Assembly (NCBI GenBank): GCA_040285855.1
Contig: JAUFOQ010000013.1
Span: forward strand, 1,426,001-1,490,000
Direction of reading: 5' to 3'
Source of the DNA: Eukaryota sp. GEM-RC1
Taxonomy: Eukaryota
DNA length: 64,000 bases
The first letter of the stretch is position 1. Every line of letters starts with the position of its first letter. Both the position numbers and the translations under genes were made by a program. Shown in pieces: positions 59,115-64,000 of the stretch. The notes under the pieces were generated by a model, which worked only from the letters and a program-made list of their open reading frames with translations, was not told the DNA's origin and did not search any database.

Positions 59115-61047
59115 TTAATACATCATTTCCTTAACTCTAGGCGTAATGGTTTCCTTTGTAGCAGACCTGACCTCATCCACAACATCCTTAACTTCCACAT
59201 CCAATGTCAACTTCCCCTCCCCCCTCAACTCCAACAGAGCAGCCTTTATCCTTAGCTTCTCCTTCTCGATGTCCTCCAGCTCCTGGGCATCCCTTGCTTT
59301 CTTGTCTTCGTACTCCTTCTTCACTGCCTCCAGCTCATGCTGCACTGCTTCCCTTAGTCTTACTTCCCTTTGATATCTCTCGTTAACACTTTCTAACTGA
59401 TAGGAGAACCCCTTGTTCTCTGTCTCTATATCAGCTTCAACTACTTTAACCTTCTCAAAGTTAGCTGAGAGACGATCATTCTCAGCCATTAACAACTTCT
59501 CCATGCCTTGAACTTCAGCCATTTCCTCCTTCTTAATCATTGCCAACTGCTCTTCCAACTGATAGACCTCCATTTGAGTCTCGTTTACTTGGTTCTTCAA
59601 CCGTTTAAGTTCTTGTTGTCGATGTTTTAATAAAAGTTCATCAAAACTTCTTAATGAAACCTCTTCTTTTAGTTTAGCTAGTAATTGAGACTCGTGCTTG
59701 GTTTTGTTAGCTGAACAAACACTCACCACTCCAGAATGAACGTCGTGGTAGACTCTATTATCATTAATATCTAGTACATGAATAGATGAATTAGTTTTTA
59801 ATAGCTCAAGTAAATCAGTAGCAACTTCTGAGCCAATCAAATTATCTGAAATATTTAAACTTATTAAATTTCGATTAAATGGAAGACATTGGAACAAGTC
59901 TACAGCATCTTTGGCTGTGACCATACAATGCCTAACATTAAGCTCTCTCAAAAGAGGTTTATGAGAAGAAAGTCCAGTTGATAAATGAGCAAAGAAACCA
60001 GAATACAGCTTGCAATGAGAGAAGTCAAGAGAAGTCAAACGACTTTGATCAAAATGACGGAATGGATTGATTGAAGGAGGATTACCAGGGGAATGTTGAT
60101 TGTTGTGAGATACAGTAAAGCTCACTAATGATTTATCAATCATGGAATCAATCAGACCCCAAAACTCGTCATCAAAAGTGATTGAACACGATGAAACTGA
60201 TAGCTTCTGTAAACGCGTATTCTTCAAAGCCACTGCTAATGAGTGAAAACCATGGTTTCCAAAGGGATTATGATCCATAATCAGTGCAACAACACTAGGT
60301 GCAGCAGAAAGTTGTTGAGCTAGGTACTCACATCCTTGAGCCATTATTAGATTGTGAGAGAGATCAATGAGAGAGAGGTTTACGGAAGGGAAGAACAGTG
60401 CTAATGGTGATGAGATCTTCATCTGAGATACGGAGACCACCAATGTGGAGGTGGTTGATGTTTGTGGAGGATGAGATGAGAGAGGATATGGAAGAGGCTA
60501 AAGTATCGTCACGAAGAGCAGAGTCGTCGGGATGTAAGGATTTAAGACATCCGTTGAGGTTTAAGGTGCGAAGGGATGAGGAAGAAATAGCAGATGTGAT
60601 TATAGTGGAAAGAGTTTTGGCAGAGAATTGGTTTGGATATGTAGGAGGTTTTCGTAGGGAATGGCCCAGAATAAGGGTGTGAATTGAGGAACATCGTTGG
60701 AAGAAATGGGACAGGTTATATGCTAGTGAGTCTGTACAGTCATTAGCACCAATGTTGAGTGAGTAAAAAGGAGTTGAAGGGGTTTGTAGGATGGTTTGTA
60801 CACCATTATCACGTAAAAGATTATCATACAAGATAAGAGAAGAGAATTCAAAACGACGGATAAGCTTAGATATAACAGCAGCTGCATAGGGACCTAGAGA
60901 GTAATCACGAAGGTTCAGAATAGATGAAGGCTGGGGGAACATTCGTTTGAAGTCCGTGAATCTGGAAGTGGACGGAACTTCATCTAGATCCTTACAGCGA
61001 CTAAGATACAGTTCATGAAGGAGAGAGTCTGGGAACGACACTTGCAT
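59115..61047 (-). CDS. LRR (RNI-like) + long coiled-coil protein; frameshift in CT repeat at ~60375
   Basis: Overlapping ORFs 60364-61047 and 59115-60443 join as KPLSLIDLSHN if one CT is restored. LRRs followed by an E/K-rich coiled coil. Confidence 0.8.
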
Positions 61048-62112
61048 GATGTTGGGGCTTTATTGTACCCAAAAATATTTGGTTTCCCAATCAAAGTCGG
61101 AGAAAACTCATTTACTCTTAAAGCTCTTCTTTAAATAAATTGAGGACTAATTTCTTCTCCTCACTGTTTGAGGTTGATCCAAAGTTAAGCCTAGATGTAA
61201 TTTGGTTAATTCTACTGACTTTGCTGATGCTGGTTTTATCAAGTATTTACATCTTGGTAAATTTACCTTTTTAGAGAGTGTACAAAATACAGGATACACC
61301 ACAAATTCATTAAATTTCAATGAATGCTCCACAATAATTCACACCATTAGCATTCAAGCCAATCTCGATGCACAATATTGCTCTAACTTTGTGTGAATAT
61401 TTAATTCTTTCTGAAGTAATGACATAATTGCTGTTGCGTGTGGGTTTTGGTAAATGTGACACTATGCAGTACACATGTACAGTAATTTGAAACCTTGTAT
61501 TATCAGTTGAACTAGAAACATTCCCAATTAACGATTCCAGGCTCAACTTCATTGAGATAAGATATTTGTAGTGAATATTTACTCAGTGTTCTTGCTACTC
61601 ACAATACATGTATCCCGGAGATCGCATTTATTAAGATATATTTATGAAAATAGCAGTATGCAAGACTTGAAATATTTGTAATACCATTGATTTGCTCTCA
61701 TTTTTGAGATGCAACGATTCATTGCAATTATCACGCTTGATCCAATTATTTGGGTAATTCACTGTTTTATGTCAACTATTTACACTTTTCAATAACATGT
61801 ACTACGATTAAGCACTGTTCATTACCAGTGGACTGCACGAATAAACATCACAACTTTACACAAAAAAGGGTTAGTAATATTAAAATAGACAAAGAAAGAC
61901 AATTTATATCAACAACTTGAAAAGAAATTGAAAGCACGGACTAAGCTTGGGAAAGCAATACTGATTCAGTTCTGCATACCCTCAAATGGTTCCGAATTCA
62001 AACAAAATCAAAGAGCAACATCACACATTTTTTCAATAAATACAACAATACTGACGAGCAAGCATCTAAAAGATTTTCAAAGAATCCATCAATGACTCTG
62101 TATCAATTACAA

Positions 62113-63585
62113 CTACGATCGATTTGCTACAATGTAATCTAAAGATCTGTCGAAATTGTTGTACTTTGAATAAATTGACGATACCTCATTCAAATCAAAT
62201 CCAACTTTTTTTAAAACCTTTTGTTCTGCAGACAGTACTTCTTCAAATTCTCTAACAACTGGTTGACGGATTGGAACACGGCCGATCCCCCCATCTACAT
62301 TGTTATTATCTGAGCGACCACGAGGAACTCTTGGAACAGCTGGATTCTGTCCACTTGGATTTAGACTTCTACTTTCAATTTCACTTACATTTGCGGGTGG
62401 GTTAAAGGAAGCTTCAATTGGATGTCCTTTCCTAAGCTTCAACTTGGCTTTAATGAAGTGTTCAGCAGCTGCAGAATTATAGAATAACACTTCAAAGAAC
62501 GGTCTAGGATTCATCGTGACCCATTTAAAACTTGATTTATCATACTCATATGTGTTGAGTAGATCCAGTACTTGAGTTTGTTGGTTCCGGTGAGTACAGC
62601 TACCATAGACAAAGCGAGGGGTAGTTGTGGGATTCACTGTATTGTAACGAATGGGATTCTGTTGTCGAGGAGGTGTTGCAGGAGCAGTTGTTACCGGGGG
62701 TCTCACCGGGGGTGCTGCAGGGGCTGAGGAAGTTAAACTGTTGAGTATATGAAGAGCATTTGATATCGAAGGTCTCTTGTTAGGATCGATGCTTAGTAGC
62801 TGACATATTAAACTACTCAGAATTGAAGGTAAGGTTCGTCAGAGCGAAAGACAAAAGGTTCTGTTGATTTTTGTTCTTTCGCCATTCCAATGCACAGATC
62901 CTCAAATGGTTTTTGATTACAAAGAGAGCATACAGTATTACTCCAAAACTATAGCAATCAGATGACTTATAGCAACGCTGTGGAGTCATACCAACGATCA
63001 TTTCAGGAGCAGCATAGGCATAGGAAAAGGAAGAGTATCTGTAATCGATGGTTGAGCTTCGTCAGAGTATCGGGCACATCCGAAATCAGTGAGTTTGATG
63101 TCTACTCCTTCTGAACCAGTGAAAACTAAGACATTCTCTGGCTTTAGATCCAAATGCAGAATGTTGGTTTCATGTAGAAAAGACAGTCCATGAGCAATTT
63201 GTATGGCATAGTTTAAGGTAGTAGAATTGTATTTAGAAGGAGTAGGAAGAGTTGTTGAGGCTAGTTGCATGACAATGCCATATCCTTGTTTATCGCCTGT
63301 AAGTTCAATAAAGCCATGAACAACTGCTATTCTGGGATGTCGTAAGGCAGCCATCAAGCTGAATTCTCGTTCCACAATTCTTCTGTGTTGCGATGGACTG
63401 TGTCTAGTCTGTTTAAGGATAACTTTGACCGCAGCATGGCTTCCAGCATATTCTGCTTTGTAGACGGTAGCGAATCCACCAGATCCTGCAGCAGATTCCC
63501 AGATTATAGTGACCTCAGATTCATTGAGCTGAGCAAGACCAGCGGTATTGGGTCTGAATCGTGAAGACTGAGGAGAAGAACTCAT
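62113..63585 (-). CDS. TKL-like kinase - Pro-rich linker - RRM-like segment - UBA; three 1-nt frameshifts in T-runs
   Basis: GSGGFATV, AAVK, HLDLKPEN, DFG, (YAAPE), DCYSFG, DPNKRPS. C-terminal LKKVGFDLNEV..NNFDRSLDYI is UBA-like. Confidence 0.78.
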
Positions 63586-64000
63586 TTTTAATGGAAATTA
63601 TTCTTTATATTTAAACACAGCGACCTGTGTTGGGTCTCTGTAAAATGGCTCAGACTAATTATCATTGTTGGAAATTAGTCTCACCTCCAACAAAATTAAT
63701 TGTCATTCATTACGATCAACAGAGTAGGAAAACAGTCGTTCGGTACGTCTGCTTGATATTCTCCCACAACAATCATATTAGGATGGGTATACCAACCAGC
63801 AAGCTGTGCTAGAACAAGCTCATTATTGACACAGCGACGCCCTGACTCAATTTCTTGACTTGTAAACACAAACATCAGCGGAGATTCTATTCATAAGAAA
63901 ATAGAAGCAATACCAACGTGGTTCAGTATTTGTATTCGTTGAATGTTGCTCTATTTTATAGGTATTTTATCACAAAAAGTGAGACTAATTTCCAATCGAG

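Noticed and set aside
59146..60682. Ser-rich + strand ORFs opposite the LRR-coiled-coil gene, and similar short antisense ORFs across the window
   Set aside because: Antisense or alternate-frame shadows of real genes.
63625..64000. GAGACTAAT/TAGTCTCA repeats (similar at ~49495-49560)
   Set aside because: Likely a transposon end running off the window; boundaries unsupported.

Overview
AT-rich, gene-dense microbial eukaryote DNA (standard genetic code, rare 31-32 nt spliceosomal introns). The intron style suggests a metamonad-like protist, but that is inference only. Housekeeping genes include a Sec31-like gene missed by the ORF track, a TTC14-like gene, two NEK kinases, a two-RRM protein, a Y-family DNA polymerase, PIG-U-like, PITH, MADS-box, RPLP2, CDK20-like and two LRR genes. 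They are interleaved with a transposon-rich accessory region: a near-intact hAT element, a triple-nested set of hAT derivatives with 8-bp TSDs, CRE-like RLE retrotransposon pieces, and pogo and integrase relics. The main signal is an expanded family of six RING-kinase genes or pseudogenes with interchangeable C-termini (Ubl-Ubl, Ubl-CBM48, Sel1 repeats, Ubl-Ubl-partial CBM48). It includes both catalytically intact and pseudokinase members, and a related kinase-UBA gene and a standalone CBM48 paralog lie in the same window. A GIY-YIG nuclease + CCHC gene abuts one copy. Many frameshifts are 1-nt losses in homopolymers and are probably assembly errors. All protein family calls are from motif recognition by eye; no database search was run.
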